NCBI RefSeq assembly: GCF_001194135.2
Contig: NC_068982.1
Coordinates: 93,240,689 to 93,304,688 of the forward strand
Length of the DNA stretch: 64,000 nt
Direction of reading: 5' to 3'
Source of the DNA: Octopus bimaculoides
Lineage: Eukaryota
Shown piece by piece: positions 13,701 to 24,709 of the stretch. The notes under the pieces are model-generated. The model had not been told where the DNA came from. It searched no databases and was given only the letters and a program-made list of their open reading frames with translations. Made by a program: the position numbers and the translations under genes. Positions within the stretch are counted from its first letter, which is position 1, and every line of letters begins with the position of its first letter.

Positions 13701-14364
13701 GATTTTTTCTGAGATTTTTTCTGTTTGGCTTTCACTTTTCAATTCGTTCAGTTTTGTTTCAATTGATTTTAAATGTAATGTATTGATGTAGTTTTGCACA
13801 CTAATTATGGAAATGAAATTCATTTTTTCAATAAATTAATAAATAATATGTTAATAACTTTTAAATTTTGTAAATTTTGAGTATTTTTAGCCAATAGACC
13901 TATTGGTGTCTGTTTCCATAGTAACAGGCCAAACTGTTATGTTAGTCTTCTTACCCGTCTGTTAGTATCCTGTGCCACGTGTAGTTTATGATGTGTTTTC
14001 CCACTTTTACCCGTCTGTAGCTGTCTGAACTACGATTTGGTTTTTCCTTATTTAACGTTCCCGCTACAAAATATATATTGTTTACATGAACTGAGTTAGT
14101 TTCTTTTTCTTTTTTTCTTTTTTTTTTTGTAATGCTTGTTCCAGTATTGCCCATGAGTTTACTCGTTAAATTGTCATCATGTACAAAGTGCCAGCTTCCA
14201 AATCCTGTTTTCTGATTGAGTAAAAATTACCACACTTTAAACCTCTGTAACATTTTTCTAAGAAATTTTCTAGAACAAGTGAATAATAACATCAGATTCA
14301 GCGTGAAAAATTACATCAATCTACCAAATTTGAAAATTTCCTCTTAATTTGAAAATTTCAAAAG

Positions 14365-14600
14365 GTGAAACCAAACAGAAAAGATCCTATTCCTGTGCTA
14401 ATTGGTGCACTCCACAAAACACCCAAAATCTGCCAAGAGGACTGAAAGATATTGGAATTGAGATTCGTATTGACGAACTGCAACAAAGTACCATCTTATA
14501 TTCTGCAAGAATCCAAAGAAAAAAACCTTCAAATTTGAGGAGACCTGTCACCAAACTTCAAGATAAAATTCCTGCAAATTACCTTAATATGTACTAGCTT
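14365..14600 (+). mobile_element. R4/Dong-like LINE extreme 3' end
   Basis: IPVLIGAL..PKNLPRGLKDIGIEIRIDELQQSTILYSARI, followed by (CATA)/(TAGA)n/(CAGA)n at 14605-14755. Confidence 0.7.
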
Positions 14601-14620
14601 GGTAATTACATACATACATG

Positions 14621-14680
<60 letters not shown>

Positions 14681-14705
14681 CAGGTAGATAGTATGCAGAC
14701 AGACG

Positions 14706-14755
<50 letters not shown>

Positions 14756-15488
14756 TGTTAAAAGATCAGTAGTCGCACTATTGCCCTCGCCATATTTTGT
14801 TAAGGTCTTACGCTGCGCTGTAATAGAAAAGACAAACTAATTAAATCACTTTGTGGAAGAAATGGAAGAGCGTGTCACTCCCTATCATCAAAGCGGGGTA
14901 GGTCATTCAGCTGGATTCAAAGCACATGTGGGCGGTCTTTTCTATGAGTGGGCGACTGAACAAAAAAAGAATCAGGAAGCTAAATGTGTTTAGATGGAAA
15001 CATATTCAACTCAAAAATCTATTTTCTTCTCCAACAGATACAAAACGAAAAACAAATAATAATAATAATAATGATAACAACAACAACAAACCTGTTGATC
15101 ATTAAAATAATTTATATTTGATCTCGGTTTTGTTTTCATTCTTTTCTCCTCTTTTTTCTCCTTTTTTTTTTTTGTCTTTTCTTGTGAATAAGAAATACGA
15201 CCCGAGCCATTTCCATCAAGATAATTTAATACATAAGTAAATATTTATTTACTCAAGGTGCAAGCAGAAAATATCTGTCAACGAGAGAAGGCCATGAAAA
15301 GTCTGACTGGGTGAGGGTGTTTTAATTATGTTTGGTAGAAACAAAAATATAAATATAAAAAAAAGCTAATGACTAAAGATGGGCTGAATGGTTCTCGTAA
15401 GATTTACCTCCGTTTTCAAAATCACTGTCCGATTTTCATAAAGGGAGATAAGGAGTGACAAAATAAAAACACGGTTTCTTTTGTTTTA

Positions 15489-15871
15489 TTCTTTTATATC
15501 TTTTTTATCTTTTACTTGTGGCTATGCTGGGGCACTGCCTTGAAGAAATTTTAGTCGAATGAATCGACTCTAATGACATATTTTTTATACCTGGTACTCA
15601 TTCTATCGATATATTTTGCCGAACCGCTAAGTTACAGGAACGTAGACACACTAACACCAATTGACAAGCGGTGTTGGGGGACAAGCACAGGGACACACAC
15701 ACACATACGACGAGCTTCTTTCAGTTTCTATCAACCAAATCCACTCATAAGGCATTGATCTGCCAGAGACTATAGTAGAAAATGCTTGCTCAAGATACCA
15801 TGCAGTGGGACTGAAACCGGAACCATGCTGTTGGGAAGCAAGCTTATTACCACGCAACCATGCCTACGCCT
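15489..15871 (-). mobile_element. tRNA-derived SINE family 2 (CORE-like middle, TAAAAGA tail)
   Basis: Reverse complement head AGGCGTAGGCATGGTTGCGTGGTAATAAGC..GGTTTCAGTCCCACTGCATGGTATCTTGAGCAAG; tail (ATAAAAG)-like. Confidence 0.8.
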
Positions 15872-15981
15872 AGGTAATTTTGCCAGCAGTAAATTCGATA
15901 CCGGAAATTTCGCCCCCGGTAAATTTCGCCACTGGTAACTTCTGGTTATTTTGATCCCGTAATTTCATCAAAATAAGTATA

Positions 15982-16198
15982 CAGTAATCCCTCGACTATC
16001 GCGGGTGTTACAGTCCAAAACCACACGTGATAGGTGAAAATCCGCGAAGTAGAAACAGTACTGTATATCTTTTGTATTATTTTTATAGTTTGTATGTATT
16101 TATTTTATTATAAATGCAATGCAACACCACGGAGAAATCTACGTAAACTTAAATAATAAACCGTGATAGGTGAACCACGATATGGCGAGGGATTACTA
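15982..16198. mobile_element. Tc1/mariner (pogo/Tigger-like) MITE
   Basis: TA|CAGTAATCCCTCG ... CGAGGGATTACTA|TA; TA duplication at 15980-15981 and 16199-16200. Confidence 0.85.
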
Positions 16199-16216
16199 TA
16201 TTCTACATTTGAGACA

Positions 16217-16600
16217 GTGGAGGCGCAATGACCCAGTGGTTAGGACAGCGGACTCGCGGTCATAGGATTGCGGTTTCGATTCCCAGACCGGGCGTTGTGA
16301 GTGTTTATTGAGCGAAAACACCTAAAGCTCCACGAGGCTCCGGCAGGGGATGGTGGCGAACCCTGCTGTACTCTTCCACCACAACTTTCTCTCACTCTTA
16401 CTTCCTGTTGTGCCTGTAATTCAAAGGGTCACCTTTGTCACACTTTGTCACGCTGAATATCCCCGAGAACTACGTTAAGGGTACACGTGTCTGTGGAGTG
16501 CTCAGCCACTTGCACGTTAATTTCACGAGCAGGCTGTTCCGTTGATCGGATCAACTGGAACCCTCGATGTCGTAAGCGACGGAGTGCCAACAACAACAAT
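16217..16600 (+). mobile_element. tRNA-derived SINE family 4 (about 385 bp, (CAA)n tail) with TSD
   Basis: A box TGACCCAGTGGTTAG, B box GGTTTCGATTCCC; TTGAGACA at 16209-16216 repeated at 16603-16610; close homologue at 60361-60750. Confidence 0.9.
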
Positions 16601-16874
16601 ACTTGAGACATACGACACACAGAGTAGTCACCACATCAAAGTAATCAAGTCAAGTAGTGCAATATCATTGGCACATTTTTATTTGCAGAATATTTTATTT
16701 GCAAAATATATCTCATAAGTACTAAACCATCATAGTTTTGACTCAGGAATATATTACCAATCAATTGAAAAAGTGTTTGAGCACAAAGAAGAAATACCTA
16801 TTTGTTCACAAATCTTAAATCTGACATTGGAAAATGGTTTCACGAAAGTAGTAATAACTAGCATCCTGACAAAG

Positions 16875-17100
16875 GAAAAATGATTTGGTAAAAATAGCTG
16901 AGTAGTGTGACATAGGAAAAATGGTTCCACAAAAATAGTTGAGCAGTCTGACTGGAAAAACGCTTCCATAAAAATGATAATTGCTGAGTAATCTTACTTA
17001 CGAAAAAGGATTCGGGAACAACAGCTGGGCAGTGTGACATAGGCAAAATGGTTCCTCAAAAATAGCTGAGCAGTCTGACTTACGAAAAATGATTCCACAA
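16875..17100. repeat. Degenerate about 41-bp minisatellite, about 5.5 copies, with a three-unit higher-order period
   Basis: Units GAAAAATGGTTCCACAAAAATAGCTGAGCAGTSTGACWTA starting at 16875, 16916, 16955, 17002, 17043, 17084. Confidence 0.8.
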
Positions 17101-17489
17101 ATGCTTTGAATAACTTCTATTGAATACGTTATTGTTGTAATGATCATCATGAAACTACATATTGTTCTGCATAATATTGTGACCACACAGGTAATATGAA
17201 AAATAGATTTTGAATTTTGTCGAAACTGTTCTATTAGATCCATATTATATCGAACAATATAAAGTTTTGTGTTGATCAGTTCATTGCTTGAGATATCCGA
17301 TAAAAACCCAGATTAAATGAGCTTGAATGGTCAGTAGTGGCAAAATTACCGGGGTTGAAATTTCCGGAGACGAGTTTTCCGGAAGAGAATTTACGGGTGG
17401 CGAAATTACCAAGCACTGACGGATGCAGTTGATCTCAGGATCACAGGGACGCACTCCGTTAGGAAGAAGGTACCTAGCCTGAATCGCCA

Positions 17490-18965
17490 TCATGAGCTGG
17501 ATGCATAGAAATACTTGATTGGACGCTTGATGAGATCCGAGCCATTGATGTGAAAATCCGAAAAATACTAACAAGCACACATAATTTCCACATAAACAGT
17601 GATGTAGACCGCCTCTACCCAAAACGAAAACAAGGCGGAAGAGGCTTAAAAGCGATTCAAAATACATTTGAATGTCACATCATATCCCTTCGGCAACAGC
17701 TTTTAACCCCCCAAGTCTTGAAGTGCATCCCTTGACCAAGTTTGCATGCATAAGACTTGGAAGGCATCTCCTTGAGCAATACTCTTTGTCTGATAACCTA
17801 GAATTCATGCCCAAAGAAGTCTCACGACTCTACCGCAACGTATCATCAGATGAAAGGATGAGCCTATATGAGCAGAAGACTATGCATGGATATGTTATTA
17901 GAAAGCTCCGTGATGATAGTAACATCGATTATCAAAGCAGTTTATCATGGACCAATAGCCGGATTACTACCTCCCACTTTAAAGGGTATGCATTTGAAAT
18001 CCAGGAACAGGAAATATCAACCAAGTACCTGATGATGCACAAAAGGGATAGAGATGCAGGTAAAGCCGTAAAGTATGACAACCGATGCAGACTTTGTGGA
18101 GTTCACACTGAAGATATCACCCACATCATAAGCAGTTGTCCAAAAATGTTATCACGGTATTATCCACGGATGAGACATGGCGTTGTAGCTAGGATACCCA
18201 ATGATGAAATCCGTCGGAAGGATAATCCCAAGGACAAAGAAATAAGAACACACAATATGGTAGAAGCCATAGCCACTCATAATAATAAAGAATACTGGTG
18301 GAATGTACCAGTGAAGAACTCAATAAAATGTAAGCACAACAGACCTGATATAATGATTTGAGATAAAGAGAAACTGTGTGCAGTTGTGGAAATTAGCTGC
18401 CTAACGGATGTTAACATAAAGCTGAAGATCAGTGAAAAAGAGAACACCTATGCTGAACTATTGAGAAATTTGCAGTTACTCTATTCAGATTCCAAGTTCA
18501 GGTTTATACTTGTAATTGTTGGGGCCCTGCTATATGTAACACACTGCCTAAATATCAATCATGAGAAATTAGACTAATTCGAAGACCACAAATCCAATCC
18601 ATCACTGGAACTGTAAAATTCTGTAAAACTTTTATCATTTAAATGTATATGAGCATGTCTAGATACGAAACTATATGCATGAGAATACATACATAAAACA
18701 TAGAAATCTGCTCATACATACACACATACATGCATACATACACACATACATGCATACATACATACATACATACATACATACAAAAATACCCTGTTGTTGA
18801 TGTTGAAATTCCAACGAAGGAGCCTTGGATCTAGGTTAGAAACTGGTTCTTTCTCTATTGACAAGAAATCTTGAAATAAACTGAATAACGACATACATAC
18901 ATAATACATACATACATACATACATACATACATACATACATACATACATACATACATGCATACAT
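17490..18965 (+). mobile_element. 5'-truncated R4/Dong-like LINE (CCHC plus RLE) with (CATA)n-containing 3' UTR and tail
   Basis: DVDRLYPKRKQGGRGL; ORF 17672-18361 CRLCGVHTEDITHIISSC..RHGVVA..KHNRPDIMI; 18386-18577 EISCLTD..ISEKENTYAEL..IVGAL. Confidence 0.9.
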
Positions 18966-19129
18966 ATACCGAATGTAGAACCTTCAAAAGTTAGAAATTC
19001 GAATCGAAAAAATAAAAAAAATTCAATTTGGTGGACGACGTTGAAAAATTTTTCACGTGGAGAAATTTAAAACTCGTCAGAGGAATAACAAACGTTGTTA
19101 TTGTACATATTTTACGAAAAATCCGTAAA

Positions 19130-19610
19130 ATTATGAAAATCCTGTTAGAGGGTCTGGCTGAGTTACAAAAACAGCAACAACAACTCAAAGAGCAAGAACA
19201 ACAAATGTTACAGCAACAAATGCTACAACTAATGAAGTTGGTAACAAAACCGGAAAATTCGTTTTCGCCGGACCATGTAGCAAATCCAATTAATGAATTT
19301 AAATATGACCTGCAAGAAAGAGTCACCTTCGAAGCATATTACCGAAGATTTGAACAAATTTTCGAAAAAGAATGCCAAAACTGGACGAACTATATGAAAA
19401 CACGTCTAATTCTGAGGAAACTGGCGACGACAGAGCACCAAAAATACTGTAACTTTATATTGCCTAAAAAAAGTTTCTGACAAATTTCACGGACACAATT
19501 GACATTTTATGTAAGATGTTCAGTGAAAAAACAACGTTATACAATACAATACACGTTGGAAGTGTTTGAAGGGGGAGAAAAGCAATGACGAAAACTTTAC
19601 CATATATCCT
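19130..19610 (+). mobile_element. Ty3/Gypsy gag fragment (degenerate)
   Basis: ORF 19028-19480: poly-Q coil then INEFKYDLQERVTFEAYYRRFEQIF..KTRLILRKLATTEHQKYCNFILPK, continuing FTDTIDILCKMFSEKTTLY..RWKCL; resembles invertebrate Gypsy gag. Confidence 0.7.
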
Positions 19611-19611
19611 G

Positions 19612-19830
19612 TGTGACCCTTCTGTCCGGCATGCGCCATGATAAATCGTTGACCACTACATATTCTTCATTTTCTCTCCTTGTTTCTTTCTGCGTTCTTT
19701 TCTGTAGAAGAGCGTAGGCTCGAAACGTTAAAGACTGTTTCACTTCCCGAGAGTTAAACTAATACATCTCTTTGTCGTCTACACCACCTGTCTTCGTCTT
19801 TTGTTTTTTGTTTTTTTTTTTGTGAATTCT

Positions 19831-19835
<5 letters not shown>
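19612..19835 (+). mobile_element. Penelope-like pseudo-LTR fragment
   Basis: Pyrimidine-rich tract containing the hammerhead motif at 19695-19735 and ending in (TA)n. Confidence 0.6.
19695..19735 (+). ncRNA. Minimal type-I hammerhead ribozyme-like motif (A6U core variant)
   Basis: TTTT-CTGTAGA-A-GAGC GTAG GCTC-GAAA-CGTT-AAAGAC: perfect 4-bp stem II, palindromic AACGTT stem III, short stem I. Confidence 0.65.
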
Positions 19836-19864
<29 letters not shown>

Positions 19865-21384
19865 CGTCCTATGTAAACAGACAAGTTTGTTTTCGAAGCG
19901 TTGAAATGTATTGTAGAAGAAGTAGAAAGATAAATTTTATTCAACGCTTAAATACTGAACAGTATATATGTAAAGGATAAAATCCTTTAAAAGCAGAAAA
20001 ATTTGCCGCAGCCAGCCATGAGGATCGAACTCACACCTTTTCAATATCCTTTACATATATNNNNNNNNNNNNNNNNNNNNNNNNNNNNNNNNNNNNNNNN
20101 NNNNNNNNNNNNNNNNNNNNNNNNNNNNNNNNNNNNNNNNNNNNNNNNNNNNNNNNNNNNNNNNNNNNNNNNNNNNNNNNNNNNNNNNNNNNNNNNNNNN
20201 NNNNNNNNNNNNNNNNNNNNNNNNNNNNNNNNNNNNNNNNNNNNNNNNNNNNNNNNNNNNNNNNNNNNNNNNNNNNNNNNNNNNNNNNNNNNNNNNNNNN
20301 NNNNNNNNNNNNNNNNNNNNNNNNNNNNNNNNNNNNNNNNNNNNNNNNNNNNNNNNNNNNNNNNNNNNNNNNNNNNNNNNNNNNNNNNNNNNNNNNNNNN
20401 NNNNNNNNNNNNNNNNNNNNNNNNNNNNNNNNNNNNNNNNNNNNNNNNNNNNNNNNNNNNNNNNNNNNNNNNNNNNNNNNNNNNNNNNNNNNNNNNNNNN
20501 NNNNNNNNNNNNNNNNNNNNNNNNNNNNNNNNNNNNNNNNNNNNNNNNNNNNNNNNNNNNNNNNNNNNNNNNNNNNNNNNNNNNNNNNNNNNNNNNNNNN
20601 NNNNNNNNNNNNNNNNNNNNNNNNNNNNNNNNNNNNNNNNNNNNNNNNNNNNNNNNNNNNNNNNNNNNNNNNNNNNNNNNNNNNNNNNNNNNNNNNNNNN
20701 NNNNNNNNNNNNNNNNNNNNNNNNNNNNNNNNNNNNNNNNNNNNNNNNNNNNNNNNNNNNNNNNNNNNNNNNNNNNNNNNNNNNNNNNNNNNNNNNNNNN
20801 NNNNNNNNNNNNNNNNNNNNNNNNNNNNNNNNNNNNNNNNNNNNNNNNNNNNNNNNNNNNNNNNNNNNNNNNNNNNNNNNNNNNNNNNNNNNNNNNNNAT
20901 AGTTTTAATAAATCAAGAATTTATGTATTTGACATATTTGTATTTGTCAATGTTGATCATATGCCTACTACTGGTCACTCTGAATTATCTCTGTAACGTA
21001 GAAATACTCGGTTTCACGGGAAAAGAGCAAACGAAACTGAGGTGGATTCTCCAAATCCAATCTATTTGTAACGCAGTGAAGATTTGCAAGAAATTCCAAA
21101 AACTGCCCAGGTGAAACTCTTATGTGAATAGATGCACACACTTGGGTGTATGCATCGACAGTTCAACTAACACACAAAATCAAGCACATATTTATTAACA
21201 CTGGGAACTCACTTAACTCAAAACTCTTTTCAAATTGTTAGCGACCAACTCGAAGTCTCTCAAGAACTTAAATTAAACTCAAAGAAAAATAGATAAATAC
21301 ATCGTTGATATATTTCCTAAAAGTTCTACTAATATTTGATAAACAATCTATTTCATGTATTTGAATTTTACCGTTATCCTCTGA

Positions 21385-23170
21385 CATAAGAAATACAAGA
21401 TAACAAAAAATTTAAATCTATGCGTATCATTCTAACTACCATCTACATTGACTCCATTCTTTGCTCGTCACTTATTCATAAACTACGCCATATGCACATT
21501 AAGGCTGAACATAAAACGCTGTCTAGTAATCTGTCGGCCAGGCTGCTAAGTTTATATGGTGTGTAGTAACACCCTACCAGAAACCATAATTTCCTGAATG
21601 AAATGCCTTAGAGATCTGTCCTGTCATTCACTCGTTTCAGCTTTTACTAACAATCCTTTCTACACCTTCGTAAAACATAAATAGGATCTATTTTAAAACG
21701 GGGGCGCCAGTTTTCATTTATGTTTTATGTAGTGTTTTTGGTACGGAAAGACTTTCAAACTTCGTATACTTATCTATTTTGTGTTATAGAACAGAAAAAT
21801 ATTTTTGTATTCGAATTTATTTCATGTAAAAAATTGTCTTATTTCGATAATTTCTACTAATCACTGACGTCTATTCAGTTGAAAACAGTTAGCGCTGTAA
21901 CGGTGTATATCGTATTAATCCCCTAACCCTAACCCTAACTAGACTGTTAACCGTAACCGTAACCCTAATCCTAACTCTAGAATCCGAACTCTAAAATTGT
22001 TACACACATAGATACGCACAGCGTAATTTATTATATAAACAATATATGCGTATAAATTACGATTAAACCGGATGAAATATGTCACAGGGAATAACATTTT
22101 TATGACCGCCCAGCAGTAACTCTATTCAGCTGAATAGACGTCAGTGATTGGTTGAAATTACAGAAATACGACAACTTTAACATGGAATAACTTGCGAGTT
22201 CCTTTTTTTTTTGTTAAGAAGACTAAGAGTAAAAGATGTTTTATATGACACATTCTACCAGTGTCCCAAGTTTCAAAGTGTTTCGTTAGTGTTTCGTTAA
22301 GAAAATACTGGCGCCCCCGTTTTAAAATAGATCCCATAAATACAACTTCATATGCAGATGACATCAAACTCACATCTTCCAACCGCTCGTAAACACTGCT
22401 CTACAACAACTCCGCTTCGATTTAAATCGCCGAGAAAACTGAGTTCACAGCAACAAACTTGCCAAAACTACAACCTCGTTTCATTTCACCAAAAACAGAG
22501 AACATCAAGTACAACCAATCGTTATACTCAACAGCATAAGCAGATCGCATAGGGAAAAAAAAACTATTGGGAATTACATACAATTCCTTCTCAACATTAA
22601 CAACTCACGGCAGACATTGTAAAGAAACCAAAACAACGTATACAGATAGAGCAATCGCAGGTTGCACTTTTGGCCAACAGAAAGAGTTAACAACAATGAT
22701 GTACAAATAATATATCAAGATTTATCATGGACTATGTCGGTCTTGTCTGGCGAGTCAATTTCTCAACAACAAACCACAATAATGTACTGAGTACAAAACA
22801 GAGTATACACTGGCTACACCCTCAGACCACCTACAAAACGAAACAAACACTAGAAATTAAAGACGACCTAGAAATGAGAGGAGCACAGTTTTGTGGGCGC
22901 AGCATGTTTCAATCCCCAAAGCCCTTGTTACTAACAATCTCCTATCACCCACACAAATTCAAAACACCCCGGAATACTACTGAACAACATTCTAAAAATG
23001 CTATAATACCCAGCCCGGACAAGGATAAAGCGCACACACCCATAGAAATAACTGAAATATCAATAGCTTCACTAGCGTCCAACTCCCTACTGAGTTGCAA
23101 ACCACCACCAATAAATAAGCAGGCATGAATGCATTGGCCCTTATAAAACGGCGTCTCTCACACTGAGCTT
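21385..23170 (+). mobile_element. Degenerate APE-type LINE (CR1/Jockey/I group) RT and 3' region, split by a MITE
   Basis: NEMP*RSVLSFTRFSFY (GVPQGSVLSPTLFNFY-like) before 21683; after removing the insert and one TSD the frame reads NINTTSYADDIKLTSSN; later KLLGITY and DYVGLVW. Confidence 0.8.
21684..22334. mobile_element. Merlin-like MITE with 8-bp TSD and internal (CCCTAA)n
   Basis: TIR GGATCTATTTTAAAACGGGGGCGCCAGT at both ends; TSD CATAAATA at 21676-21683 and 22335-22342; inner 25-bp IR at 21859-21883 and 22125-22149. Confidence 0.85.
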
Positions 23171-23581
23171 ATATATATATATATATATNNNNNNNNNNNN
23201 NNNNNNNNNNNNNNNNNNNNNNNNNNNNNNNNNNNNNNNNNNNNNNNNNNNNNNNNNNNNNNNNNNNNNNNNNNNNNNNNNNNNNNNNNNNNNNNNNNNN
23301 NNNNNNNNNNNNNNNNNTCTCATATATATATATAAGGGGATTGTACATGTGATAGATATTTTGTTAGATAGGTAGGTAGGTAGGTAGGTAGGTAGGTAGG
23401 TAGGTAGGTAGGTAGGTCAGTAGGTAGATAGAGAGAAAGAGGGAGAACATTTCTCAGAAAACATCAAAACATTTTCGTGATGTTGTTAATGAAAGTGCTC
23501 GATAAATTCCTATACAGAACATCAAATTTAGAGAGTAACAAAAGTGACAAAAAAATTAACTAACACATGTATTAATGTGTG

Positions 23582-23625
<44 letters not shown>

Positions 23626-23776
23626 TATATATACATATATATACATTGTTTCGGATTTGTGTGAATGTGTATAGAATAATATATCAGTTGAATAAAGTTA
23701 AAACATGGTTTGGTTTTCACGTTTTTTATTATGGTATTTTAACATTCAAAAGATATTTTGTAATGCTCATAAAGTT

Positions 23777-23814
23777 AAATTACCGCTTTCATACATAGTG
23801 TAATCATCAAATTT
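23777..23814 (-). ncRNA. Minimal hammerhead-like motif in the 3' pseudo-LTR of the PLE
   Basis: Minus strand AAAT-TTGATGA-TTACACTATGTAT-GAAA-GCGG-TA-ATTT. Confidence 0.55.
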
Positions 23815-24026
23815 CAAATGTGCTTAAGTGACAGTTGAGTTCTTGACAACTTTAGTACGTTTTAGAATGCAACAACAAGCTGAATTTTTAGAATACCTTT
23901 TTGACCAATTCGCATGCATCTTGTACACCACGGTTTGCCAGGCGTACCGATATTCTGTAACTTGTTTATATTTATATGCTAGAGATATTTTTTAATCCAC
24001 ATCATTAGCTAGTTGTTATATTATTG

Positions 24027-24470
24027 TTATTTCCGTTCAGAACAGGTTTGAACATTTTATAAAGCCGTTTTTCTTTTTATCTTTCTTCTCACCTCATTCG
24101 TGCCATGTAGTTTTTGGAAAGGAAAAATTAGAAACATTTTCTGACCACGTCTCTATATGTTCGCTCAATAGAATTTGGCGAACATTGGTGTTCCGGATTT
24201 GTTGTCTGTGGACTCGTGAGCGTTTTGATAATACATTCCCTGTCTCGCCTATTTATAATTCCTCACAATTTAATGCAGTAGATCAAATTTCTGGTTTTGC
24301 AGTTCATATCTTCATTTGTGAAAACCTGTCCATTTTTCGTTCTAATGGATCTACCCGTATGCATGTAATGACACGTTCCACATCTGTTATCATTACACTT
24401 GGATACTGTGAATGTTTTATCCTGTTTGTTCATGTTGCATTTTGCCTTTGTTAATAGTTTCTTTGGATTA
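24027..24470 (-). pseudogene. PLE GIY-YIG endonuclease C-terminus (frameshifted)
   Basis: Manual translation: PKKLLTKAK..VSKCNDNRCGTCHYM..MNCKTRNLIYCI / IGETGNVLSKRSRVHRQQIR..SEHIE / FLIFPF..FIKMFKPVLN. Confidence 0.85.
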
Positions 24471-24532
24471 TGTGGAGTATTCTAAGAGGTACTAGAGTTG
24501 TCAAGAACTCAACTGTCAGTTAAATACATTTG

Positions 24533-24570
24533 AAATTTGATCATGACACTATGTGTGAAAGCGCTAATTT
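24533..24570 (+). ncRNA. Minimal hammerhead-like motif in the inverted pseudo-LTR
   Basis: AAAT-TTGATCA-TG-ACAC TAT GTGT-GAAA-GCGC-TA-ATTT; palindromic stem III AGCGCT. Confidence 0.55.
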
Positions 24571-24658
24571 AACATTATGAGCATTACAAAATAGTCTTTT
24601 AATGTTAAATACCATAATAAAAAACGTGAAAACCAGACCATGTTTTAAATTTATTCAA

Positions 24659-24706
<48 letters not shown>

Positions 24707-24709
<3 letters not shown>

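Larger units (their letters stand above)
15873..17410. mobile_element. Foldback-like non-autonomous DNA element with inverted arrays of 15-bp units, carrying nested insertions
   Basis: Units like GGTAATTTYGCCNNN repeated about 4 times at 15873-15939 and 5 times inverted at 17337-17410; internal about 41-bp tandem array at 16875-17100. Confidence 0.55.
23684..24662 (-). mobile_element. 5'-truncated Penelope-like element: GIY-YIG remnant between inverted pseudo-LTRs
   Basis: About 190-bp imperfect inverted arms (23684-23870 and 24477-24662) flanked by TA; the middle encodes a GIY-YIG remnant on the minus strand. Confidence 0.85.

Noticed and set aside
16875-17100. 41-bp repeats as a CRISPR-like array
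   Set aside because: Units are contiguous and degenerate with no unique spacers, and the context is eukaryotic.
18973-19045. TGTAG..TTCA plus TGGTGGACG as LTR end and primer-binding site of the Gypsy fragment
   Set aside because: Too short, no second LTR, and no tRNA match could be established.
23684-24662. First reading as a Tc1-like long-TIR MITE
   Set aside because: The interior encodes a GIY-YIG remnant and the arms contain hammerhead motifs, which fits a Penelope-like element better.
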